From Candidatus Wolfebacteria bacterium (GTDB lineage: Bacteria; Patescibacteriota; Minisyncoccia; UBA6257; UBA9933): DNA of 54,982 nt. Positions 42,762-51,234 of the stretch are shown here, in pieces. A program made the translations under genes and the position numbers. Location: positions 1-54,982 of the forward strand of contig JANLIR010000004.1 of assembly GCA_024654025.1 (NCBI GenBank). Direction: 5' to 3'. The notes beneath the pieces are model-generated. The model was not told the DNA's origin. It saw only the letters and a list, made by a program, of their open reading frames with translations, and did no database searches. Position 1 is the first letter of the stretch. Each line of letters starts with the position of its first letter.

Positions 42762-43752
42762 ACAACCAGCGGCAGTTTCAAAAAATTCTGCGAGTTCAAG
42801 CGGAAATTATTCTTCTCAAATAAAAGTAGGGGCATTGATTTTTTTCGGCACCGCTTCAGCGCTGGCCTTCGGATATTTTTTAAGGGATTTTTTGCTTTGG
42901 GGAAATTCTTCGCTTCTTTATTCTTCTTTATCGGCCCTGGTTTTCTTGGTAGTTTTAGTTTTACAGCCGTTTTTTATTGATTCTCGCGAAGCGCTGACTT
43001 TCGCGGTTTTATTTGAAACATTGGCGATGACGGGAAATTTTGTAGATAAAATTTCCTGGACATTTATAATTGCGTTTGCTGTTATTTTTTTGACGCTACT
43101 TTCGGGTGTTTCAAATGGTTTAAAAGATTTGGAAGAAAGTTTAAAAGTGAGGTTTTGGCCCATTGTCCGAGCTGTTTTGCCAAAAGGAATCGTGGCAGTA
43201 AGCATTTTTATCAGTATTTTTTCTGTATTGCATTTTCAAACAGAGCCGAGCAAGTTTCTTATTTCCGAAGAAACCTTCAGTAAAGTTTTTTCCATAAACA
43301 CGCCTTTAATTCAAACGATTTTTCCGGGTATAGATCCGATAATGACAATGGATCAAGCTGTTAAAGTAATGACTCAAAATCAATTAAATCGGCTTCCGGA
43401 ATTCCAATCGCTCCCCAAAAAAGCCCAGGAGCAAGAATTAAAAAAACAATCGAATTTGCTGTTGGGAAATTTATCCCAATATTTTGGCGCCGAATTAAAT
43501 CCAAGGCTTAGCGTTAGTAGCGCGATTTTTGAGGCCCTAAAGAAAAAATTTGAATCTTTGCCGGACAACATAAAAACATTGGTTTTTGTCGGAGTGGGCG
43601 TTTTAATATTTTTAACAATCGAAGCGCTCGCTTGGCCGCTTAAAGTGATTATCGGATTTTTGGCTTTTTTGGTTTATGAAATTTTAATGACCGCCAAATT
43701 CGCGAAAATAACCATTGAAACAAGAAGTAAAGAAATTATAACGTTAGACTAA
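42733..43752 (+). CDS. Hypothetical polytopic membrane protein inserted between dnaK and dnaJ
   Basis: 339 aa with about 6 TM helices. It overlaps the dnaK 3' end by 29 nt. No motif recognised. Confidence 0.5.
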   Translation: MIMDRGLLGKQPAAVSKNSASSSGNYSSQIKVGALIFFGTASALAFGYFLRDFLLWGNSSLLYSSLSALVFLVVLVLQPFFIDSREALTFAVLFETLAMTGNFVDKISWTFIIAFAVIFLTLLSGVSNGLKDLEESLKVRFWPIVRAVLPKGIVAVSIFISIFSVLHFQTEPSKFLISEETFSKVFSINTPLIQTIFPGIDPIMTMDQAVKVMTQNQLNRLPEFQSLPKKAQEQELKKQSNLLLGNLSQYFGAELNPRLSVSSAIFEALKKKFESLPDNIKTLVFVGVGVLIFLTIEALAWPLKVIIGFLAFLVYEILMTAKFAKITIETRSKEIITLD

Positions 43753-43788
43753 TTAGTAACTAAGCACGACCAACTACCAACTACAACA

Positions 43789-43819
43789 ACAAACACATTA
43801 TTTCGTGTTTGTGGTTTTT
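43789..43819 (+). terminator. Rho-independent terminator ACAAACAC-n8-GTGTTTGT plus GGTTTTT
   Basis: Read directly, between the membrane-protein gene and dnaJ. Confidence 0.55.
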
Positions 43820-43848
43820 GTCCGTAGTTTGTAGTATAAATAGCAATT

Positions 43849-45024
43849 ATGGCAAACGATTATTACAAAATTCTCGGCGTTAATAAAAGCGCTACCGAGG
43901 ATGAAATAAAAAAAGCATATAGAAAGCTTGCTCATAAATATCACCCCGATAAGCCTGGCGGAGACGAGAAGAAATTCAAGGAGCTCAACGACGCGTATCA
44001 AATTCTTTCCAATAAAGAAAAGCGTGCTCAGTATGATAGGTACGGAAGGGTTTTTTCTGCCGGAGGCGGGCCTGCTTCTGGTGGAGGGCCGTTCGGTTCT
44101 GCGCAAGGAGGACCCTTTGGAGGGTTTGATTTTTCCGCCCAAGGCGGACCAGCCTCTGGCTGGGATCCGAGTGATTTCGGATTTGGTTCTGATTTTGAGA
44201 TGGGCGATTTGGGAGACGTTTTCGACGCATTTTTTGAAGGAATGGGCATAAGGCAGAAAAGGCGCACTTATCACAGAGGATCTGATGTTCAGATTAATCT
44301 TGAAATTTCTTTAGAAGACGCGTTTAAGGGTTTGGAGAAAGAAATTAGTTATCCGACGGATGTTAGGTGTTCTAAATGCAACGGTTTGGGGCACGATTCC
44401 AAATCCGGATTTAAAAAATGTTCGGTTTGCGACGGCAGAGGGGAAATAAAAGAAGCGCGCAATACGTTTTTCGGAAATTTCACTCAAATAAAATCTTGTT
44501 CGGTTTGTCATGGCGCGGGGCAGATTCCCAATAATATTTGTGATTTATGCAAAGGCGCGGGAAAAAATAAAGGAGAAAAACGCGTAAAAGTCAGCATAAT
44601 TCCCGGAGTCAGCGACAACCAAATCATAAATATAAAAGGAATGGGACAGGCGGGCGAACGAGGCGCGGAAAGCGGAGATTTGTTCGTAAGGATTATAGTG
44701 AAATCGCACTCTGTTTTTTTCCGCGAAGGCGACAATTTAATTGTTAAAAAGAAAATCGGTTTAGTTGATTTGCTTTTGAGCTTGGAAGGAGCGGATAAAA
44801 AAATCGAAACTCCGACTCTTTCCGGGAAAAAAATAACAGTTGAAATTCCCGCGGAATTTGATGTGCGTCAGCCCATAAGAATTGCCGGAGAGGGAATGCC
44901 GCATTTTAACGGCTTTGGCAAAGGTGATTTGTTTGTTGTGCTTGAGGTAATAACGCCTAAAAAAATGAACTCAAAAGTTAAAAAAATCTTGGAAGATTTA
45001 AAAGAAGAGTTGGGCAGCGAATAA
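43849..45024 (+). CDS. dnaJ: Co-chaperone DnaJ
   Basis: J domain with HPD (KYHPDKP), a G/F region and four CxxCxGxG zinc-finger repeats. TATAAA ends 8 nt before the ATG. Confidence 0.95.
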   Translation: MANDYYKILGVNKSATEDEIKKAYRKLAHKYHPDKPGGDEKKFKELNDAYQILSNKEKRAQYDRYGRVFSAGGGPASGGGPFGSAQGGPFGGFDFSAQGGPASGWDPSDFGFGSDFEMGDLGDVFDAFFEGMGIRQKRRTYHRGSDVQINLEISLEDAFKGLEKEISYPTDVRCSKCNGLGHDSKSGFKKCSVCDGRGEIKEARNTFFGNFTQIKSCSVCHGAGQIPNNICDLCKGAGKNKGEKRVKVSIIPGVSDNQIINIKGMGQAGERGAESGDLFVRIIVKSHSVFFREGDNLIVKKKIGLVDLLLSLEGADKKIETPTLSGKKITVEIPAEFDVRQPIRIAGEGMPHFNGFGKGDLFVVLEVITPKKMNSKVKKILEDLKEELGSE

Positions 45025-45079
45025 GCCGAAATGTGTTGAAAAAAAAATTTAATCCGCTATAATCCGCTTATTCGCTTAT

Positions 45080-45153
45080 GCGCCCGTAGCTCAGCCTGGT
45101 AGAGCAACTGCCTTTTAAGCAGATGGTCGAAGGTTCAAATCCTTCCGGGCGCA
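45080..45153 (+). tRNA. tRNA-Lys (anticodon UUU)
   Basis: Hand-folded: acceptor GCGCCCG/CGGGCGC, D arm GCUC-AGCCUGGUA-GAGC, anticodon loop CUUUUAA, T arm GAAGG-UUCAAAU-CCUUC. No CCA is encoded. Confidence 0.88.
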
Positions 45154-45154
45154 C

Positions 45155-45625
45155 ATGAATTTTTTAAGAACTTTTTCTCTCACAGCGTTAATATTTTTTT
45201 TCAGCCTTCTTAATTTCTCCGGAATTTCTTTTTTAGGCGTAAAACCAAACTACGCTTTAGCTGCAATAATCGCGGTTTTATTTTTCACCGACGATATTTT
45301 GGAAAGCATTTTTTTGATAGCGGTTTCCGCCGCGGTTTTAAAATTTTCACCCGCTGCAGGAAAGGATATTTTAATTTACTCTGTCATTTGCATTGCGGCT
45401 GTTTTTATAAAAAAATATTTGCCGTGGAGAAATTTTGTGGACAATTTGATATTAATTTCTTTTTCCACTATTTTGTTTTACGTATTTTTGTTTTTTAGGG
45501 AAATAAATTCGGTTATTTTTCTTAAAGAAATCGTTTATAATATAGTGGTAGGCAGTTTGGTTTTTCTTATTCTGTCTAAAGTTAAATTTTTTAGCGTTCC
45601 GAAAGTTAAATTTTTTAAAAAATGA
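45155..45625 (+). CDS. Hypothetical small membrane protein (4-5 TM)
   Basis: A 156-aa hydrophobic ORF. Its only plausible start, the ATG at 45155, lies 1 nt after the tRNA-Lys discriminator base. Confidence 0.5.
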   Translation: MNFLRTFSLTALIFFFSLLNFSGISFLGVKPNYALAAIIAVLFFTDDILESIFLIAVSAAVLKFSPAAGKDILIYSVICIAAVFIKKYLPWRNFVDNLILISFSTILFYVFLFFREINSVIFLKEIVYNIVVGSLVFLILSKVKFFSVPKVKFFKK

Positions 45626-46266
45626 TTAATTCCGAATACGCAGAACTTATTAACAGCCTTATAAACGACGGCTATTTAAAAACGCCTTCTATAATAGAGG
45701 GGTTTAAAGCGATTGACCGCGTTGATTTTGTACCCGATGAAAATAAAAACGAAGCTTATGTGAATTCCCCTTTAGCCATTGGTTTTGGGCAAACCATCTC
45801 TCAACCGCTCACGGTCGCTTTTATGATTGAATTATTATCTCCAAAAGAAGGACAGAAAATTTTAGAAATCGGTTCTGGCAGCGGCTGGCAAACCGCCATT
45901 TTGTCATTTATCGTTAGTCAGAACAATGCTGCCGGTAAAGTTGTCGGCATAGAAAGAATCAATGAGCTTAAAGAAATGACAGAAAAAAATGTTGCTAAGC
46001 ATGGTTTTATTGAAAGCGGGGTTGCCCAAATTATTTTAGCCGACGGCTCAAAGGGCTACAAAAAAGAAGAACCGTTTGATAAGATAATAGCAGGCGCGGC
46101 GGCAAAAAAGGGCGTGCCGCAAGCTTGGAAAAAGCAATTAAAAATCGGCGGCAAAATAGTGGCGCCGGTTGACCAAAGCGTTATTGTTATCGAAAAAACA
46201 GAAAAAGACGCCTTTATCAAAAAGGAGTATTTTGGCTTTAGTTTTGTGCCGTTGATTTCAGGATAG
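45622..46266 (+). CDS. pcm: Protein-L-isoaspartate O-methyltransferase
   Basis: TISQPLTVAFMIELL and the SAM motif ILEIGSGSGWQTA. Confidence 0.88.
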   Translation: MINSEYAELINSLINDGYLKTPSIIEGFKAIDRVDFVPDENKNEAYVNSPLAIGFGQTISQPLTVAFMIELLSPKEGQKILEIGSGSGWQTAILSFIVSQNNAAGKVVGIERINELKEMTEKNVAKHGFIESGVAQIILADGSKGYKKEEPFDKIIAGAAAKKGVPQAWKKQLKIGGKIVAPVDQSVIVIEKTEKDAFIKKEYFGFSFVPLISG

Positions 46267-46285
46267 AGAAATTGATAAAGAAATT

Positions 46286-49200
46286 ATGGAAAATAAATCT
46301 CATTCAGAACCATCTCTTCAAGAAAGAATAGATGTTTTGCTCGCAAGAGCGGATAGTCTTGCCGCGGATATTTCGGGGCTTTCTTTAAATGACGAAGAAA
46401 AAGAAATATTTAAGGAAATCCAGGAATTCAGGGACAAAATCGGAAGTAATAAAGAAGGAGAAGTTGTCGATGTGTATAACGGCGAAGAATTAAAACAAGC
46501 GCAAAGAGCCAAGGACGACCTTTGGGACCTTAAAAAAATAATACTTGAAAGATTAAGTAATGAAGCGATTAACGCGCCAAAACCGCAAGAAAAACAAGAA
46601 ACAGCCGGAGATGTTATTCCCGATAAAATAAAAAATGACCCCGACTTTCAGAAAGTCCAAAAAGAAATTGAAGAGCGGGTTGCAATAACCGTTAGAAGTA
46701 TTTTAAAGCCCGACGAAAGCGGAAAACCGCGAGGTTATCGCGGTTCAGAAGAAGATGTGAGAAAAAAAGTTAGAGTAAACATAGAAATTGATACTTGGAA
46801 GAAATTTGTAAAAGAAAATCTTGAAAAATCTCAACAGTGGGCAGAGTTTATTCCCATTATTAAACCTATCTTAGAAAGATTGACAGGATTGCAACAGCCG
46901 GTCTCGGGAGGCGAGAAGGAAGGCGTTATTGAAGGAATTGGAAACAGGCCCAAAAACGCGCCATCAACTGAGATTGAAAGAGGGAAGGATTTCCCCAAAA
47001 AACCAAAAGACGAGTTTGCTAAGTTTGGCAATAAAACTCGCCCTGTTCTTACGGATGACGAAATGAGAACTATTGCGACAGCTAAGCCGCCCGCGGCGGT
47101 TGATGAAGAAAAACTTCGAAAAGAAGGTTGGGAGCAGGCAACGAGAGTAGTCGATAAACTTACCGACGAAAGGATTAGCGAAGCAAAAAAGAACGCACAA
47201 CACGCTCCGGAGGAATTAGAAGAGAAAAGAAAACAAGAAGCCGCGGATTTGGGAATCCCCACCGCGGAATTTTATAATGAAGCCGACAAAGAGCGCGCGC
47301 TGAAAGAAGAAGCGGAAAAACTTGGAATCTTGACAATTACTGAGAAAACGAAAGAAAAAATATCTACTGAGCAAGAAGTAAAGATGTTCGATAAAAAAGT
47401 AGTTGAGGGATTTTCAGAGCTTGGAATAAGCAGCGATGAAGTGTCTAAAATTGAAGGGTTTGAAACTCTTTCAATCGGCCAACAACATTTGATTTTAGAC
47501 GGATTTAGGCAATTTGTTTTCGGGCAAATCAAAGAACAGGCGCTTGAAAAATATAACCAAGAAGTAAAAGAGTCGGGATTTTTCAAAAAGATAGGGAAGG
47601 GCATCACAAAAAAATATCAGATTGCTAAACTGGAAAAAACAACAGCTAAAGATTTGTTGTCTTCCGGGCTTTCTCGGCACGAGAAAATTTTAAAACAATT
47701 AACCAAGGCCATCAGAGAGCAAGGCGTTGACGCGATTGTCAATGAAAACGGCGAAGTGGAAATTCAATACGCGTCGCTTTTAGATAAACTTATTCTTAAT
47801 CGTTTGAATCCGGAAGATAATGGGAAAATTGAAACATTTAATAAATCCGCAACGGCGCTGAGTAAAATTCCTTATGAGTGGTCGCTGGGCACCGCTTCCA
47901 AAAAACAGCGCCAGGAATTCGAAAAGATAAAAAAAGATTTTGAGATGGCGAAAATGGAAATTTTGAACTTGCCTTCGGCGCGGGCGGCGTACAATATAAT
48001 TGCTTCCAATTTAATAGATATAGAAAACAAATTACGTTTTAGCCAATTCATCAGCGTTCATCCTGAAGTTGAAAAAGAGCTTAGCAATATTCAGACGCAA
48101 AGCGCGTGGACAAAAATTCGTAAAGATATAATAACCGAGCGAGGCATTTATGCCGGTGTTGGATTTGGCGCGGCCGGTATGAACGCCGCCATAATGCTCG
48201 CTAGCGGATTTATTTTGCCAATCGGCACTGTTGTTTCCGGCGCCGCAATTGCCCGCTGGCGCGCTAAGGAAGCTTTAAATGAGCAGGATATTATGGCGCG
48301 AAAAAGCGCGGGCTTCCCTGAAGCGTCAGAAGAACAGCAAAAAATTCTTAAAGAGAAATCCAAAGAACTGGCAGAAAAAGAAGAATGGCTTAAAGCGAGA
48401 TTCCCAGAGTATGTTAAAGCAGAAAATGACTATCTTGAGGAAATTATTAAATTAAATAAAAAGGAAAAAGTTGAAGAAGCGCCGACAGCGCAAGAAGTGG
48501 AATTATTGGAGCAGCTGAAAAGCAAATACGAAACAGAGCGGCTTAGATTTGAAATTGATCCGTTGTTTCAAGAGTACAGCGCAAAAAAATCCGAATATGA
48601 AAAATTAAGAAACGGGATTTTCAAAAAAGAAAAAGGAGATGAGATGAAACAAAATGTAGCGAGCGCGGATTCCTTAACAAATAAAATCGAGAACTTAATT
48701 AAAAAAGTAGAAACGGAAAAAGACGTTCGTGAAAAAGAAAAGCTTATAGAATCTTTGAAAGTCCGTTTGGACTATTCTGATGAAAAACTAAGAGAAGGCC
48801 TTGTTAATTTCGGCTCAAGCGAAGAAAGATTTCTCAATAATTACAATTTAATAAAATCCATATCCAATGGATTTGTGTTTACCGATTCTTTGGGAAATTC
48901 GCAAATAAACAAGGAACTTCAGCAGAGACTAGACCGCTTTTTGTCGGCGAAAAAAGAAAAAATTTCCAAAGCCAGAAAGGATCATATTAGAATGAAAATG
49001 GAATTAGGCGCGCTTTACGCCATAGGGTTTTATGGTCTTGGTTTTTATGGAAGAAAAGCATTTAGTTCTGGTTATAATTTAGTGTCGGATTGGTGGCAAT
49101 CGTTTCCAAAGACAAGCCCGACTGTAGGAGGAGTGGGCGAATATGCTATGCCAAGCGAAAAAATTATCGGCAAAACGGGCCAAATTGGGCAAATGAGCGG

Positions 49201-50095
49201 CGGAAAACTAACGGCTGGCGTGGGAGTTGGCGCAGGAGTTGAGGCGTTAGCGCCCGCTGGAACGCCAAAAGCGGAAAGTTTGATGCAAGAAATTCAAGCT
49301 CAGCCAATCGGCAAGCGCGGACCCGAGGGAGCCATAATTGATTACTTTAAGAAAAATGAATGGGCAGCTCGGCAATTCGGTTACGATGAACATATGGATA
49401 TTAATAAATGGGCTGGAACTAAAGCTCATTGGCTTTGGCTTAAACATGCGCAAGACGCGATTAAAGATCCCAACATTGAAGATACCTTAAAAAAATTAGG
49501 ATACGCGCCTGAAGATTATATAAATGGTTACGAAGAAATGATGAGGCATGTTTCTAATGGCGGAGTGAAAATCGATATTTCCAAAGGCAATGTTGATTTA
49601 ATAGATATGGATTATTTGAAATTTAAGGCAGGTGGTTTAGAAGATGCGCCGTCTGGAATTCAAATTGACGAAGGTTCCCCTATAAGCCCTCAAATTGATG
49701 AAGGAACATTTGCAGTTGAAAATAATGCGGTTGAAGCAATTGATAATGCTATTAGTATAAGCGCGTTGCCGTCGGTGGAAAAATTCGTCTTCAGCGATCG
49801 TAATTTTTCCGTTGGAGAGTTTAGCGCTATTAAAAATATTTCCGTTGAAAAATTATTAAAAGAAATTCCGTCACGCGATGAAGCATGGGCGATATGGAGA
49901 GGGGAAGTAGAAGGAAAATCCATTAATTTGCCCCATTACGAAACTTATTGGTATACGCAGTTCAAGCGACAAGTTAATCTTGCCGAACAAATAAGGCAAA
50001 TCGCGAAAGCGCAAAAAATAAAACCGGAGATTTTAAAAAATATTTCTATTGGAAAGTTTATAGAAAAATATATAGCGCCTGGCCTCAAAAAATAA
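46286..50095 (+). CDS. Giant hypothetical protein (1269 aa): Lys/Glu-rich coiled-coil regions, internal TM hairpin plus one further TM, unknown C-terminal domain
   Basis: An uninterrupted ORF. Hydrophobic segments are GIYAGVGFGAAGMNAAIMLASGFILPIGTVVSGAAIA and LGALYAIGFYGLGFYG. No enzymatic motif recognised. Confidence 0.6.
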   Translation: MENKSHSEPSLQERIDVLLARADSLAADISGLSLNDEEKEIFKEIQEFRDKIGSNKEGEVVDVYNGEELKQAQRAKDDLWDLKKIILERLSNEAINAPKPQEKQETAGDVIPDKIKNDPDFQKVQKEIEERVAITVRSILKPDESGKPRGYRGSEEDVRKKVRVNIEIDTWKKFVKENLEKSQQWAEFIPIIKPILERLTGLQQPVSGGEKEGVIEGIGNRPKNAPSTEIERGKDFPKKPKDEFAKFGNKTRPVLTDDEMRTIATAKPPAAVDEEKLRKEGWEQATRVVDKLTDERISEAKKNAQHAPEELEEKRKQEAADLGIPTAEFYNEADKERALKEEAEKLGILTITEKTKEKISTEQEVKMFDKKVVEGFSELGISSDEVSKIEGFETLSIGQQHLILDGFRQFVFGQIKEQALEKYNQEVKESGFFKKIGKGITKKYQIAKLEKTTAKDLLSSGLSRHEKILKQLTKAIREQGVDAIVNENGEVEIQYASLLDKLILNRLNPEDNGKIETFNKSATALSKIPYEWSLGTASKKQRQEFEKIKKDFEMAKMEILNLPSARAAYNIIASNLIDIENKLRFSQFISVHPEVEKELSNIQTQSAWTKIRKDIITERGIYAGVGFGAAGMNAAIMLASGFILPIGTVVSGAAIARWRAKEALNEQDIMARKSAGFPEASEEQQKILKEKSKELAEKEEWLKARFPEYVKAENDYLEEIIKLNKKEKVEEAPTAQEVELLEQLKSKYETERLRFEIDPLFQEYSAKKSEYEKLRNGIFKKEKGDEMKQNVASADSLTNKIENLIKKVETEKDVREKEKLIESLKVRLDYSDEKLREGLVNFGSSEERFLNNYNLIKSISNGFVFTDSLGNSQINKELQQRLDRFLSAKKEKISKARKDHIRMKMELGALYAIGFYGLGFYGRKAFSSGYNLVSDWWQSFPKTSPTVGGVGEYAMPSEKIIGKTGQIGQMSGGKLTAGVGVGAGVEALAPAGTPKAESLMQEIQAQPIGKRGPEGAIIDYFKKNEWAARQFGYDEHMDINKWAGTKAHWLWLKHAQDAIKDPNIEDTLKKLGYAPEDYINGYEEMMRHVSNGGVKIDISKGNVDLIDMDYLKFKAGGLEDAPSGIQIDEGSPISPQIDEGTFAVENNAVEAIDNAISISALPSVEKFVFSDRNFSVGEFSAIKNISVEKLLKEIPSRDEAWAIWRGEVEGKSINLPHYETYWYTQFKRQVNLAEQIRQIAKAQKIKPEILKNISIGKFIEKYIAPGLKK

Positions 50096-50100
50096 TTTTT

Positions 50101-50159
50101 GGGTTGATACATTCAGTATGATTCAGTATCAACCCTGAGTTTTTCGAACGGGTTGACTT
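50101..50159 (+). promoter_or_regulatory. Nested inverted-repeat element, copy 2 (arms GGGTTGATAC / GTATCAACCC / GGGTTGAC)
   Basis: It starts 6 nt after the stop of the giant gene. There is a 10-bp perfect inverted repeat with a 15-nt loop containing a tandem ATTCAGTAT. The 38-nt core is identical to 40302-40339. Confidence 0.7.
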
Positions 50160-50331
50160 TCGATCTCTTTTGGATAAAAATCATTGTCTCGTCCGTCTTT
50201 TAGAAGGGAGAGAAGCTCTTTTTCATACCCATTGACTTCATAAATAAAAAGTTGTATTATATGAGTAGCGTTTTTGAAGCGGTGATTTTCTTGACTATAC
50301 CCATATCGGAGAAGAAAGGGAGGGAAAGAAG

Positions 50332-51102
50332 ATGAAACGCAATTTCTGGGTTGTTCTATTTATCGCGTTAGCGGTTTTATTGGTCGCGGATTCGATTTTT
50401 GCGGAATCCGCGAAGCCCGGTCGTCGCTACCTCAAAATCGGCGGGGCGCCGATGAATGAAAATCGGCAGTTGGAGCCCGGCGAGGAATTTATGCCGCCAG
50501 CCTCCAAAGATTTTTGGGCAATTACCAATTACCGGAGTAAGATTACCGGTAAAGTTGGAACTGCCCGGGGTTGGGTTCCGGCTGGCACTGTATTCGCTAC
50601 TGTGGTTACGGATGATCCAACGCTTCGAAAAGCGATATGGATCAAGGACTGTGGAAACGACGTCTTGAATCCGGAAAACAAAGCAATTTATTTTCGGGTT
50701 CAAGCAGACGTTCCGGCTGGTAGGCAGATTGCTGGAAGCGAATCATCAAGTGAGGGTCGCGCGTTTATTCCTACCACGCCGGTTGTTGCAAGAGCCTCCA
50801 CGCAACCAACAACGGAAAAGAAATGTTTCGGCAAAGGCACTTGGATGACTGGCGCTGGCACCCTTCTTACTGGCGTTGGTGTCGGAGTAGGCCACTGGGG
50901 TTATCTCTTGGCTGTACCGGGGTTGGCGCTAACGTATTTTGGAGCCAAGGATGAAGCCAGTGACCCAGCTTGTAAAGCGGTCGCCGCGGTAGTCGGCGGC
51001 ATCGGAGGGTATGCCGCGGGTCATACCTATAAAGTTTACGGCGAGGGAGGAGAACCAAACTCGTCGCTTGGCCCGTCGCCCCCCCCGCCGGGTAACAACT
51101 GA
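50332..51102 (+). CDS. Secreted protein with Gly-rich C-terminal membrane segments
   Basis: A strong SD (GGGAGGG), a signal peptide ending ...SIFAES, and C-terminal GxxxG-rich hydrophobic stretches (TGAGTLLTGVGVGVGHWGYLLAVPGLAL, AVAAVVGGIGGYAAG). Confidence 0.55.
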   Translation: MKRNFWVVLFIALAVLLVADSIFAESAKPGRRYLKIGGAPMNENRQLEPGEEFMPPASKDFWAITNYRSKITGKVGTARGWVPAGTVFATVVTDDPTLRKAIWIKDCGNDVLNPENKAIYFRVQADVPAGRQIAGSESSSEGRAFIPTTPVVARASTQPTTEKKCFGKGTWMTGAGTLLTGVGVGVGHWGYLLAVPGLALTYFGAKDEASDPACKAVAAVVGGIGGYAAGHTYKVYGEGGEPNSSLGPSPPPPGNN

Positions 51103-51123
51103 AGTTTTACGTAGCTCTTTTTC

Positions 51124-51155
51124 GGTAAGAGACGGACCCTGATCCGTCTCTTACC
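51124..51155 (+). terminator. Rho-independent terminator, 13-bp perfect stem
   Basis: GGTAAGAGACGGA ccctga TCCGTCTCTTACC, followed by a T-rich tract. Confidence 0.75.
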
Positions 51156-51199
51156 CCTATTTTCAAATTTTTGAATATTTGAAGATTTAAAAATAGGAA

Positions 51200-51228
51200 T
51201 TGACATATTTAATAATGTATAGTATAAT
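51200..51228 (+). promoter_or_regulatory. Consensus sigma70 promoter TTGACA-17-TATAAT
   Basis: Both hexamers and the spacing match consensus exactly. The -10 ends 6 nt before the ATG at 51235. Confidence 0.75.
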
Positions 51229-51234
51229 TGAGCT

